A stretch of DNA of 64,000 nucleotides from Octopus bimaculoides (Eukaryota), in assembly GCF_001194135.2 (NCBI RefSeq), contig NC_068982.1, positions 183,293,386-183,357,385 on the forward strand, given 5' to 3'. The notes beneath the pieces are model-generated. The model searched no databases. It saw only the letters and a program-made list of their open reading frames with translations, and was not told the origin of the DNA. A program made the position numbers and the translations under genes. Shown one piece after another: positions 28,481-41,340 of the stretch (position 1 is its first letter; each line of letters opens with the position of its first letter).

Positions 28481-29118
28481 CCCACCCAATTATTGCCAGC
28501 ATGGAAGCTAGACATTAAATGATGATGATGATGGTATGGATGAGTGAGTGTGTGTTCAGAAACTATAAAAAAAAACATAAAAGCGTGAGAAAAACGAGCA
28601 GGAGGGAGTGTGAGTGTGATAGATGTAACTAGAGAGAAGAGAGAGAGAGAGAGAGTGAGTGAGAGTAATTTTATATAATGTATTGTTGAAACAATAACTT
28701 CATCAGTAGTTATAGATTTCCAACTGGTTCATTATATTTACAGTGGTGAGAGTAACAAAAGGGTGTTTGTGTAACTCTGGAAAACCCAATATAACAATAC
28801 CACAAGGTATTTTTGTCCAAGTGCACTGATTTGTCAGGATTTTTTTTTTTTTCAGTATTTAACTTATGCGTACATCTTTCAAAGATTTCCATATGTGCAT
28901 GTGTGTGTGTGTGTGTGTGTACACAAATATACACATTTATGTGTGTGTGAGCATATATGTATAGATGGATGTACATAGTTATGTTTGCATGTATAATATG
29001 CCACACCTTTACATAGTTTCAGCCATCTTGAGGCTATGGGAGACCAATGTGGTTGCAAAACAAACTTCTAAACCATACAGCCATACCTGGTTAAATAGCA
29101 CATCATATATTGACATGG

Positions 29119-29172
<54 letters not shown>

Positions 29173-30215
29173 NNNNNNNNNNNNNNNNNNNNNNNNNNNN
29201 NNNNNNNNNNNNGGGGGGGGGGGAGACAGACAAACAGACAGACAATGATTTGTTATGAAAGTAATCCAAAATGGAAATTTTTCAAGAAAAATTAATATAT
29301 TCATTCATTCATTCATTTATACCTGTCTCACAACCAGATGCCTTCCCTGTCGCCAACCTTTACTTGTTTTTCAAGTAACAGAGATTTCATTCCACTAATA
29401 TTCAAAAGCACAGAGCTACTGGACAATTTGTTGAGAAGGAAACGGTAATAAATGTCACCAACTTTTCAGAGAATGTACACTTTCACATAGATACACACAT
29501 AAATATACAAACAGACATACATACTTTTATACACACACACACACATTTACATACAAGATGGGATTCATATAAATTCGTACACAGGGTATGGATTACCTCA
29601 AAGTCAATTCTAGAAAACTTAGTTGATAATTTAACATATCTGATATTATACTTGTTTTTATATATTAAAATTCTAAAGTAGGAGCAAGCAGCCCGAAATG
29701 AAAAAAATGAATAAATTCGTAACACATAATTCTGAAAAGCGGCATAATTGGCAACTTCTAGCCTAATCTGATAACTTTACATTACAAAAAGAAAGAGATA
29801 AGGACATATGTACTGAGCAAATGGCACACTGTATCACAGGATCAAAAAGAAAGAACACACATATTACATGAACCATCAGCAAGAGAAGAAAGCACAATGT
29901 GATCGTTTGTTTGCTGTAACTTGTGTTTTTATGCTATGTCACAGTTATAACCACATTTTAATGTGCATATGTATATATGTGTGAGTGTGTGTATGTGTGT
30001 GTGTAAATATGTGTGTATGTGTATATATATATATACATATATACATACATATATATATAGTGTGTGTGTCTGTGTAGTGTGTTGTGAGATCGGNNNNNNN
30101 NNNNNNNNNNNNNATATATATATATATATATATATATAGTGTAAGATAAAGGAAATATAATATTGGTTCATTATTGAATTATTGACTGAGGTCATGTTTG
30201 ACCCATATGTGTTCA

Positions 30216-30247
<32 letters not shown>

Positions 30248-30554
30248 CATGTACATGTATCTATGTGGTGAGTTTCACAAGAAAAATGTACAAATCCCAA
30301 ATGAACTAAAACATTCAATCCAGAAATAAACACATGAATAGACAGATTGCTAATTCTCAGAAAATTCTAGAAAAAAAAAACATGAAAAGGCAGAGGGGAA
30401 GGGGCAAAGAAAGGGGTTGAAACAAACAGACAGACATGTGAAAATATAGGGGGGGGGGAATAAAAACAGATATACAGATAGAGAGAGACAGATAGAAGAT
30501 AAAGAGATAGAGATACAGACAGACACAGACAGATATATACACAGATAGACAGTC

Positions 30555-30589
<35 letters not shown>

Positions 30590-30694
30590 TAGATAGATAG
30601 ATAGATAGAACTCAGCCAGAAAGATGGATACATAACAGAAAGGGAGAGAGTAACAAATATTTACATTTATAACAGAGAGAGAATGACAATAAGA

Positions 30695-30752
<58 letters not shown>

Positions 30753-30792
30753 AAGAGAGAAAAACATAAAAAGATAGCTTTTAGTTACTTAC

Positions 30793-30933
30793 CGATAAAC
30801 TATCAGAATCTTTGGTAATTTTCCACCAGCGTAATTCGTCGAGTCGGTCAAAGACATCCTCAACATGAGTGTTCAATTCCCCGGCGTATTTAACAGCTAA
30901 GGCCATAAGACTACTCCGTGTACATGACTGGTC
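30793..30933 (-). CDS. Internal coding exon (141 nt, phase 0/0) of an unidentified gene: DQSCTRSSLMALAVKYAGELNTHVEDVFDRLDELRWWKITKDSDSLS
   Basis: Strong acceptor (gttttgtctatctgcag|GAC) and consensus donor (TCG|gtaagt). Length is a multiple of 3, only one of the three frames is open, and the sequence is non-repetitive and more GC/CpG-rich than its flanks. Confidence 0.7.
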
Positions 30934-31653
30934 CTGCAGATAGACAAAACAACCGATTATAAGTACTCAGAAACACATATTGGTATGGCAAAGTGGAGGG
31001 GTTTATACGTACACATGAGTTTGTATTAATCAATGGAGGGTTTATTATATCATCATTATTATTTAAAATCCATTTTCAATGCTGGTATGGGTTGGATGGT
31101 TCAACAAGAGCTTATGAGCCAAAGGACAGAACCAGCCTCAATTATCTGCTTTAGCATGGTTTCTATGGCTGGATGCCCTTCCAAATGCCATTTATTTTAC
31201 AGAGTGTACTGGGTGCTTTTTACATGGCTTGGCACAAGTAAGGTCGCCAACTAACTTGCAAGACAAGACCCCTTAACTGAAGAAGGGAGAATAGTATTGA
31301 AGGAGGTGGGTTTGTACCAGGAGATGAGGTTAAAGTAAGATAGAGGGACAGAATAGATGCCATACTCTAGTGGAGATATGTGGTTACCCCAGTTAGAAGA
31401 GAAAGAGGATGGCGGTGAAGATGTGTCAGGGAATATCCTTAAGTTACAAGAAGGTGAATGTAAGAGAAATGGTGTGGGTGGATAAGTTCGTAGATGTGCA
31501 GGAGGTGAGTGGGAGATGGATATAGATGAGGATAATGGGAAATGTTATGAGTGGTGAATGCAGGAAGAGACACACGTTCATATATATATATATACACATA
31601 CACCCACACATATATACACACATACATATATATAAATACATACATATATATAC

Positions 31654-31704
<51 letters not shown>

Positions 31705-31849
31705 NNNNNNNNNNATCATCGTTTAACGTCCGCTTTCCATGCTAGCATGGGTTGGACGACTTGACTGAGGACTGGTGAAACCAGATGACAACACCAGGCT
31801 CCAATCTAAATTTGGCAGAGTTTCTACAGCTGGATGCCTTTCCTAACGC

Positions 31850-32340
31850 CATATATAATTCAATAACAGGATAAAATCGTTGTAAGAATTTATCAAGCAT
31901 CTCCAATATTGCATAATCATTAAATTCCCAAAAACTTGCTGTACCCAAAACTTATATTTTCATTGACTTCCATGTCATGTAAGATTATAATATACTATGA
32001 CTGACATGTTTTGGACTAATGTCCTCATCGTGAATATTACTTTCACATTTTAGCCATTGTACCCTGCAGCCCTTTTCTGATGCCTACCATGTTCAATAGC
32101 ATTCTTTGAGTTTTGAACCATGCTCTTTATACAATCTATATAAGTAGATTGTTTTTATGCCTCTATCCATGCAGTTTTTACTAAGTTGTGGGGTATAAGT
32201 TTGCCAAGAGAGATCTCCAGTGTTGGTAAAATCCAGGAGAAGGTGTATCTTTGAAGGTTTTAGTTGTATTTCTCCAGAATTAGGACGATGCTGGTGAACA
32301 CAAGATTGTCTAAACCTTGATCTATGCAAAGACACACAAT
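31850..32340 (-). mobile_element. Decayed LINE RT core fragment
   Basis: Broken frames give LDNLVFT..ILEKYN, LLDF, GI..GC and DYA in the expected RT motif order. Confidence 0.5.
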
Positions 32341-32363
32341 GTCTCTGACTTCATACAGATAAA

Positions 32364-32746
32364 GAGGCGCAATGGCCCAGTGGTTAGAGCAGCGGACTCG
32401 CGGTCATAGGATAGCGGTTTCAATTCCCAGACCGGGCGTTGCGAGTGTTTATTGAGTGAAAACACCTAAAGCTCCACGAGGCTCCGGCAGGGGATGGTGG
32501 AGAACCCTGCTGTACTCTTTCACCACAACTTTCTCTCACTCTTACTTCCTGTTTCTGTTGTGCCTGTAATTCAAAGGGTCAGCCTTGTCACACTGTGTCA
32601 CGCTGAATATCCCCGAGAACTACGTTAAGGGTACACGTGTCTGTGGAGTGCTCAGCCACTTGCACGTTAATTTCACAAGCAGGCTGTTCCGTTAATCGGA
32701 TCAACTGGAACCCTCGACGTCGTAAGCGACGGAGTGCCGACAACAA
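32364..32746 (+). mobile_element. Full-length tRNA-derived SINE with 12-bp target-site duplication
   Basis: tRNA-like head (A box TGGCCCAGTGG, B-box-like GGTTTCAATTCC), (CAA)n tail, TSD catacagataaa at 32352-32363 and 32747-32758. Confidence 0.9.
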
Positions 32747-33314
32747 CATACAGATAAACATTAGAACTACTTAACAGTTCACAACCAAGACTTGAAATAT
32801 GATATCAGGAATTGTAGTCTCAGTAGCTAGTATTGAATCAATTGGTTTGTAGTGTACAACTAAAAGAAGTGGTGGAGATGGGAGGGTTTGGGTAAACTAA
32901 GGAGTCTATGTAGTCATTCAATCTGCTTGATCAAACTGTCAAACAACCCTCAACTCAAACCAAATGAAAGGATTATAGGCAAAGTCAACCTTGAATATGA
33001 ACCCAGAACGTAAGGCAGGAAGAAATGCTACAAGGCATCCTGTCAGCTCGTTGCCTTAAACCAAACTATTCAATGAAATGGAAGATACATTGAACAATGA
33101 TGTCCTATGTCTGTATAAAAGACAGGATGGTCATATCTGGAATATCTTTGATGACAGGCTTGTTAAATCAATTTCAGCCTAGGACTAAATAACAACAAGG
33201 ATTTTGATTCCCCAAACTGTAGACTTTCAACAGTCACAGAATGTAAGATATCACATATGAGTGTGACATCAGTAATTATTCTAATTTGTTAATTACCTTT
33301 CAGCAATTACATAC

Positions 33315-33341
33315 CCTGCTGTCCAATAAACATGTCATTAA
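33315..33341 (-). CDS. Candidate 27-nt micro-exon (phase 1/1): xNDMFIGQQ
   Basis: Acceptor attcccctcgttttatag|TT and donor CAGG|gtatgt. Phase-compatible with the 39804-39855 candidate; very short. Confidence 0.2.
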
Positions 33342-35559
33342 CTATAAAACGAGGGGAATATTTAGGGTGTTTAGGTGTTTAATGGAACAGGGTTTAAATA
33401 GCAGCATGTGTGAGCATATGCACCACAGCAGGGTGTATAGCCGCAGATTTTAAAGATATCAATAGAAAAAGAAGTGGTGTGTGTATGATGTTTACTTTGT
33501 TTGAATAATTATATTACTGTAATCACACTAACATATTGCATTAATTAATGTCAATTAAATCTATGCTTAATAACTGATATGTATTAATTGTTATAACTGT
33601 TTTTATTTTGCTGGCACAAACATTCAATGTACCCCACTGGTATAATGATATAATCACATTATTGTTGTCGCTGTTATCATCTTATGCCCATTATTTCCTA
33701 TTAAAATGGCTGTGTTCCTAAATGTATGAATCCTGCACCAAAAATTGCAAAAACAAAGTCCTTCATCTAATCACTTCCTCCCTGGTCCCTTTACTGTGTC
33801 GCAGTTATAATTAAATTCCGTTGCAACTTCATCCCAACACCCCTATGTTGTGGTCTCAATTACAGAGCCCTTCAATCATCACATCATCACAAGAAACATA
33901 CTTTATCTTCCACCATCACCACATGGAAGTTTTCCACTTAGCATCTCTCATCCATCCACATTTACACTATATACACCATCACAGTAATTTTCTCTCCCCC
34001 ACAAAAGTAAAAAAAAACAAAAAAACATCAAATAAATTTACAAGGCCTCTCTTCATCAGTGGTTTAAATAGCCCAATCGCAACCTCTTTCTCTACACTCT
34101 TCGAGTCTGTCTTTCTCATGCTAACATAACATATCCAAAATGACAATAAACCCGAGCTAAACTAAATAAAATTTGATTTGAAAATAGTTATCAAGGCTGA
34201 GAAACAGTGTTGAATATGAGGCCATATTTGAAAAGAACAATAAGATAGAGAGCGAGAAAATATTGAAATTTTTGCTATTTACGTGTCTAAAGTAACACTT
34301 AAAATTTTATCCAGCAAAAGATCACAAAAGAAAAACCATTTGTGTTGTTATGGTTACACGTTTTTTATTTGTGTTTTTTATTCATTACTTAGTTATATTT
34401 TGCATAATGAGGCATCACCAATGTGATTTCACAACATATTAAGTCAATCAATGGAAAACCTAATAAAATCGATATGAAGCATAATTAAGTTAATTAAGTC
34501 ACAACAGGCATGGCTTCTATTGTAAAAATTATAACACTAATGGTATTTCATACATAAAATTACACTAATGGTCTTTCATACATAAAATTACACCAATCCT
34601 AATTTGAAAACAGAACAAAAACGTTATTATTTTACACACGTAAACAGCAGAAAAAATAAACGTACAAACATTTATTTTCTAAAATTGAAAAGATGATTTT
34701 AAAAATTTATTTCTTACACATATAAGTTAAAGTGTGAATCTGTGAAATTCATGCCTTTCTAACCATAAGGTTTGCGTAATCAGGCATGAAAACTTCTTGT
34801 GGTTAGTTATAGAGTTGGAACTGAGATGATGAGAGGTTCATGCATTCTAATATATATTTATTTATCAATGAGACGTAAAGAATTTGAGACAAAACCCCCA
34901 ACCAAACCTGAATCCAACAACTCTGGAGTAAAGAGACCCCAGTATATCACAGAGTATTTATCATTGACTATAACATATCTCAGTACGTCTATGACTGACT
35001 GCGACATGTCATAGTATCTCTACCGTTGATACAAACGTTATATCTCAACGCGCGTTTATTACTACAAACAAGGTCACATACAATGTTTCTATGACTATCA
35101 TAATGTCAACGAGGAAGTCACCACTACCAGATGGGCTTAAGAGAAGTTTCTCCTATGCCGCAATAGCATCACTGGATTTGGAAGAAGGAAACTGAAAGAA
35201 GTCCATCATGTGCGTGCGTTTGTGCTTGTGAGTGTATATGTTTGTGTGTGTGTGTAGGTTTATGTGTGTGCATATGTCTTTCTGTCTGTGTCCCCCACTA
35301 CTGTTTGACATCCAGCGTTGGTGTGTTTAAGTCCCCATAACCTAGTGGTTCGGCAACAGAAACAAATAGAATAAGTACCAGGCTTTAAAAAAAAATCAAC
35401 TCGGGTCGATTCATTTGACTACAAAATTCTTGAAGGTGGTGCCCCAGCATGGCTTTAGTCTAATGACTAAAAGAAGTAAAAGAATAAATGCTAAAAAGTG
35501 CTCTTGTCTGGGTCCAATCTTTAAGTTAATCACCAAATACCTAAAGATAGAGCTTCACA

Positions 35560-35870
35560 GTGCTTACTGCTGCACATTACAGGCTATTCTGAATATCTGG
35601 AGAGAAAAAATATCTAACCAAGCACAAACTGTACAGCAGTCATCTTGCAATCGCTAACGAGAGAGGTGCATGCATTTCACAGAATATTACTGGAGAGGTA
35701 AGTTGGACTTCGTTAGTAACATACTCCTAAAGATACTCCAGCATGGATAAGACACACATCAACCGTCCAGCAAAATATTTCCGTTCCACCAGCTTTGTGT
35801 GAAGATTGGATGTTGCCTGGTTGATCTTTCAAATGCTATGCAGGATCGTAATAGATGAAGTGATTGAGTT
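35560..35870 (+). mobile_element. Decayed RTE-like LINE 3' fragment
   Basis: Degenerate ILNI.W......N..LY....GH..R...L....LL.TP.HG....RP....QLC.D.G pattern. Confidence 0.55.
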
Positions 35871-36483
35871 AGACAAATCCCAACCAGCTTGATATAACTA
35901 TGACATACAGAGTAAATTATTCATTGCAAAGCACAGAGCACAATGTGATATATTACAATGCCTATAAGGAAAGTTACATGAAACATTTGAGAGAAGAGAA
36001 TCTTCTATCTCTGGCCAGCACCTCTTTGTTATGTGTGTGTGTGTTGTAGCTATAATGTTAAACTGTCATATGACCAAATTTGGCCAAATGCATTTTTTGT
36101 TTCAATATTCATTTTTGCTTGCAATAGCCGGTTCTTTTGGTCAAACTATCGTATCTCCAGCTGCTTCAGATGCCAAGATATCAAAAAATTGTCAAAATGT
36201 AGTAAAACGGTTTTGCCATGGAATGGTGAAACTACTTTTTCATTTTCTGAAAAAAGCAATGTTTTGAACTTATGGAACTTTTACATAATAGCAACCATAT
36301 ATATATATATTATAATAATAATCAAAGTGTATAGTATTATATATCCATTATGGTTAATATTACCAATCGGTTTCACACTAGGGGTTCAATGGAGTGTTAG
36401 GTAACAATCCGATTTATGTAACCCTGTGCTCTTCAGAGGTAGCCATTATGAAATGAAATATGACAGCTGCTCTCTACTGTTGA

Positions 36484-36514
<31 letters not shown>

Positions 36515-36521
36515 TGTGTGC

Positions 36522-36555
<34 letters not shown>

Positions 36556-37115
36556 TTTAACACATTTTAACATTAAACTGAAGAATTACTGAATAAATTT
36601 TTGTGGAATACACATTTATTATACTTTAACAAGAAGAAGAGTGACAATGACTTCAGTGTTTCTGACTGTACTCTACACTTACATACTGAGTTCTGTAATT
36701 TATTGCTTTTCAGTAAATCAACAGAGATGGCTGGCCGGCTGACTGGCTGGCTGGATGGAAGTCAATTTGTCAGTGACGGTCATGATCGGCCAACTGGTAG
36801 AACAGTCATCAAGCATATGTGCATGTATGTAACCCCTCAAGGTTTAAAGGACAATTATTAACCCATAGTTTCATGGTTTAACTGGATTAGGGTTAAATTT
36901 CCCTTTGGATCTTGAGTCAAATCTTGTGTTAATCAGGTGAACTGGTGTCAAAGAACAATGAGTACAACTCAAGAAATACCATGAAATCTCAGCAGTAGAT
37001 TTGAACCTGTGATCTACAATTTGAAAATCCAACATCCAAGCAATTCAACAGTCCCGTCTCTACATGCAGAAGCTATATACATCATCCCTTACTGAACAGA
37101 GAAATAGTTTTCTGT

Positions 37116-37499
37116 TGTTGTTGTTGGCACTCCGTCGCTTACGACGTCGAGGGTTCCAGCTGATCTGATCAACGGAACAGCCTGCTCGTGAAATTAACGT
37201 GCAAGTGGCTGAGCACTCCACAGACACGTACCCTTAATGTAGTTCTCAGGGATATTCAGCGTGACACAGTGTGACAAGGCTGACCATTTGAATTACAGGC
37301 ACAACAGAAACAGGAAGTAAGAGTGAGAGAAAGTTGTGGTGAAAGAATACAGCAGGGTTCGCCACCATACCCTGCCGGAGCCTCGTGGAGCTTTAGGTGT
37401 TTTCGCTCAATAAACACTCGCAACACCCGGTCTGGGAATCAAAACCGCGATCCTATGACCGCGAGTCTGCTGCCCTAACCACTGGGCCATTGCGCCTCC
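37116..37499 (-). mobile_element. Second full-length copy of the same tRNA-SINE, with 10-bp TSD
   Basis: Near-identical reverse complement of 32364-32746; TSD agttttctgt at 37106-37115 and 37500-37509. Confidence 0.9.
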
Positions 37500-37757
37500 A
37501 GTTTTCTGTAGAGTGTCAGTGTAATGCGGAAGGGACTGTGTGAAGTGTTCGCAGAAGAATATAAACAGCTCTTGGAGAGTCAAAAACAATGACAAGAACA
37601 ACAGCAACAACAACTTGGCACCGGCTCTAATTAAATATCCAAGTCTGCTTAATGTAGTTTCGGAAATGTTAAGAGAATAAAAGGCAATGCCTACATCTAT
37701 CTACAAGTGGATCTCATTTTACAAAAGAACACAAAAAAGGGAGAGAATGAGTGGGAG

Positions 37758-37799
<42 letters not shown>

Positions 37800-38362
37800 T
37801 CATGTTGATGAAGATAGGAAAAGAATGTACATTGAAGAGGGAGACACAGAAATAGTAGACACACAGCCTGGAGAGTGTTAATGAAGGGGAACAGGCAAAC
37901 ATTGCAATGATCTTATAATTTACAACATAAATTTGTTGAAAGAAAAATAATTAAACTTTAATGGTAGTTAAGCAAAACAACTCGCTTCTATGTTTATCTA
38001 CACAAATTCAACCATAACATTTTTTTCTTCAAAATGAAAGTCCATGTATATGCATTTAACTTAATGTTGTTCTGGTTGCTGCTGTTGTTGTGGCTGTTGT
38101 TGTTGTTAGCAATAGTGTTATGGCTGCTGTTGTTATTTTTTTGTTAGATATATTTGGTTATTATTTTCAGCTCCCTAAAGGCCACATTATGAATCCCCAG
38201 CAATCAGTTAATGGATTACAGTAAAGTTTGTGATAATGAGAATTCCATACATAATTGATTACACAGATTCTGTTTAGGAGCACTCCACACCCAGCCCCGT
38301 ACATTCACACACATACATACTTCATATAACATATATATATATATATTTATACATACAGTTCC

Positions 38363-38399
<37 letters not shown>

Positions 38400-38404
38400 C
38401 ATAA

Positions 38405-38478
<74 letters not shown>

Positions 38479-39018
38479 ATACATATATGTATACATGAAT
38501 ATATGTATACATGCATATATATGAATGTATGTATGTATGTACGTATACATGTATGCATGAGTGTGGAGGGGAGAGAGAGATGCATATGCATATTTACACA
38601 TACCTACATGCTTGCATATAGCTATGCATGTATTTTGATAGCTAGACATACACATGCACTCAATGTGCAGATAACATGCATATGTGCAAATATATGTGTA
38701 TGTATACATTTATATATATATATATATCATATATATATTATATATCTATATATATATGCAAATACATAAAAGCACACATGTATATAAACGCATATGCACA
38801 CTCACAAGTATACATATACAGTATAAACACACACATACATATAAATACATATGAAGATGATACATGCATTAACATAGACTTACAACTAGTTTATCATATA
38901 TGATATATAGCTATACACACACAGATTCATGATATAAGGAAAGATACACACACACATACAGAGAGTTGTGTGTATATATGTGCATGAACATATATAAAGA
39001 ACACACTATTATATATAT

Positions 39019-39076
<58 letters not shown>

Positions 39077-39397
39077 TATCGTTATCTCTTCTTCTCTCCT
39101 TGGTTACGCCCTCTCTGTTCCTTACTACCTCCACTCTCCACTTCCCCTCTCCCCTTACTATCGATATTGTTCCCTGTTTGGGTTTATTAAACAATGATTG
39201 GAAGTCAGTCACAGTATGATTACATACGGTGTGATGTTGATGCTGGTGGTAGTAATCGTAGTTTGAAAGACAAGGAATATACAAATACGTGTGTGCATTC
39301 ATATAAACACACATAATGTGTTTAAGTAAGCCTAATTATTTCCTCATACCTAATAGTAATGTGTGGTTAACTTTGGTGAGACTTATATATATATATA

Positions 39398-39431
<34 letters not shown>

Positions 39432-39616
39432 AGGGGAGAGGATAGGGAAGTGCAACTAACCCCACTACAAGAGAGTACAGCATGTGGTTTTTCGGTTTTA
39501 TCATATCGCGCATTGTAACCTNNNNNNNNNNGCGCATTGTAACCTTCGGTAGGTAAACAACAGACAATATCGCGGTTGCATGAAACAAAACTGTAAAGAA
39601 ATTAATAGCAACACCA

Positions 39617-39671
<55 letters not shown>

Positions 39672-39803
39672 AAATTGTTATGTATTTTTTCTCTTTCTTT
39701 GAGGTAGTGATAGCTGGTACACTCTGAAATTGCGATAAATATTCCATATTTTCTTCATGGTGTGTATTTGATGCTGCTCTTCCTGTTTGTTTAACTCGCA
39801 TAC

Positions 39804-39855
39804 CAACTGACTTGGGGTTGAGTTGTTGCACAATCTCTGCGATCAAATATCTCGC
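39804..39855 (-). CDS. Candidate coding exon (52 nt): ARYLIAEIVQQLNPKSV (phase 0 to 1) or GEIFDRRDCATTQPQVSW (phase 1 to 2)
   Basis: Acceptor attttagttcatgtag|GCG and donor GTTG|gtatgc. Two frames are open; the phase-0 reading is compatible with the 58227-58301 candidate. Confidence 0.3.
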
Positions 39856-39904
39856 CTACATGAACTAAAATTGTACCAATGTATATATATATACACACAC
39901 ACAC

Positions 39905-40325
39905 ACAGCTGTGGTTGTGGGTTAAGAAGTTTGCTTTTCTTAACCACATGGTTCTGGATTCAGTCTCACTGCATTGCACCTTAGGCAAGTGTCTTCTAGT
40001 TTTGCCTTGGGCCAACGAGTCTTGTGAGTGGATTTGGTAGATAGAAACTGAAAGAACCCATTTAAAGGTGCGCGTGTGTGTGTGCACGCACAAGTGTTTT
40101 TGTGTTGGTGCCCCATCCCTACTTGACAGCCGGTGATGGTGTGTTTACATCCTTGTAACTGAGTGGTTCAGTAACTTGGTGTTTCAGGAAAAGAGACTGA
40201 TAGAATAAGCACCAGGCTTTAAAAAAAAATAAGTACTTGGGACTATTCGTTTGATAAAAACTTCTGCAATGCAGTGCCCCAGCATGGCCACAGTTTAATA
40301 TATATAGAAACAAATAAAAGATAAA
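39905..40325 (+). mobile_element. Older SINE family A copy, tail-to-tail with the 40345 copy
   Basis: Diverged reverse complement of 40345-40768. Confidence 0.75.
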
Positions 40326-40344
40326 CTATAAAAGATTTAAATAT

Positions 40345-40768
40345 ATACATTCTTTTATTCTTTTATTTGTTTCAGTCATTTGACTGCGGCCATGCTGGAG
40401 CACCAACTTTAGTCGAACAAATCAACCCCAGGACTTCTTCTTTGTAAGCCTAGCACTTATTCGATTGGTCTCTTTTGCCAAACTGCTAAGTTATGGGGAC
40501 GTAAACACACCAACATCGGTTGTCAAGCGATGGAGGGGGGCAAACACAGACACAGACACACACACACAGACACAGACACAGACACACACACACAGACACA
40601 CACATACATATATATACGACAGGCTTCTTTCAGTTTCCGTCTACCAAATCCACTCAAGGCTTTGGTTGGCCCAAGTCTATAGTAGAAGACACTTGCGCAA
40701 GGTGCCATGAAGTGGGACTGAACCCAGAACCATGTGGTTGGGAAGCAAGCTTCTTACCACATAGCTAC
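40345..40768 (-). mobile_element. SINE family A copy (tRNA-like head, internal microsatellite, AAAAG-type tail)
   Basis: gactgcggccatgctggagcacc...gacacttgcgcaaggtgcc...gggactgaacccagaaccatgtgg. Other copies at ~8245-8720, 26390-26570, 35110-35470, 39905-40325, 45100-45370, 49171-49540 and 54720-55375. Confidence 0.85.
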
Positions 40769-40899
40769 ATCATCATTTAATGTCCATTGTATACATACAC
40801 ACACACAGATATATTATATCATCATTATCATGGCCATCTTCATGGGACTAGCATTTGCAGTTAATTCCAAACATTCTGGCACTTTGGTAGTCAGTAATT

Positions 40900-41340
40900 G
40901 CTACTGAGAGTTGTCCTCCACCAAATGCAGAAGGACCACCAGTGTTGAGATCTGCCCAGTCTTTGATGTTATTAGTCCAGGACTTCTTTCTCTGCCTCTT
41001 CTTTGTCATCCTTCAACTGTACTAGGGACAATGTCTTGGACAGAGTTGCAAAAGGTTACCTGGCCATGCCCAGCAAGTTTTCAGTTTTTCACAGTACCAA
41101 AGCAAAGTTGCTAGTTGTCTGGTACTCTATGGATGACATTCATTGCAGCCTTCTAAAGATCAAATGCTTAGATTCTTTTTTCCATGTAAGCTGTGTGCGT
41201 ATCCAGCTTTTATATCAGTACATAAAGATGGATGGAGATTGCTACAGACTTGTACAGTTTGAGCTTCATGAGAACATTGATGGAAATGCTTATCCATGTG
41301 GTGTTAAGCTTCTTCATGACAGTTAAGGCCAGGCCAGATT
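40900..41340 (-). mobile_element. RTE/BovB-like LINE 3' fragment
   Basis: The minus strand resembles W.GHV.....LSKT..QGTVEG.RRRGR....WT.NIKDW..L. Confidence 0.7.

Noticed and set aside
32364-32440. tRNA gene
   Set aside because: It is the tRNA-derived head of a SINE: the cloverleaf is incomplete, and it is followed by a SINE body, tail and TSD.
39504-39546. Direct repeat gcgcattgtaacct on both sides of a 10-N gap
   Set aside because: Most likely overlapping contig ends, i.e. an assembly artefact.
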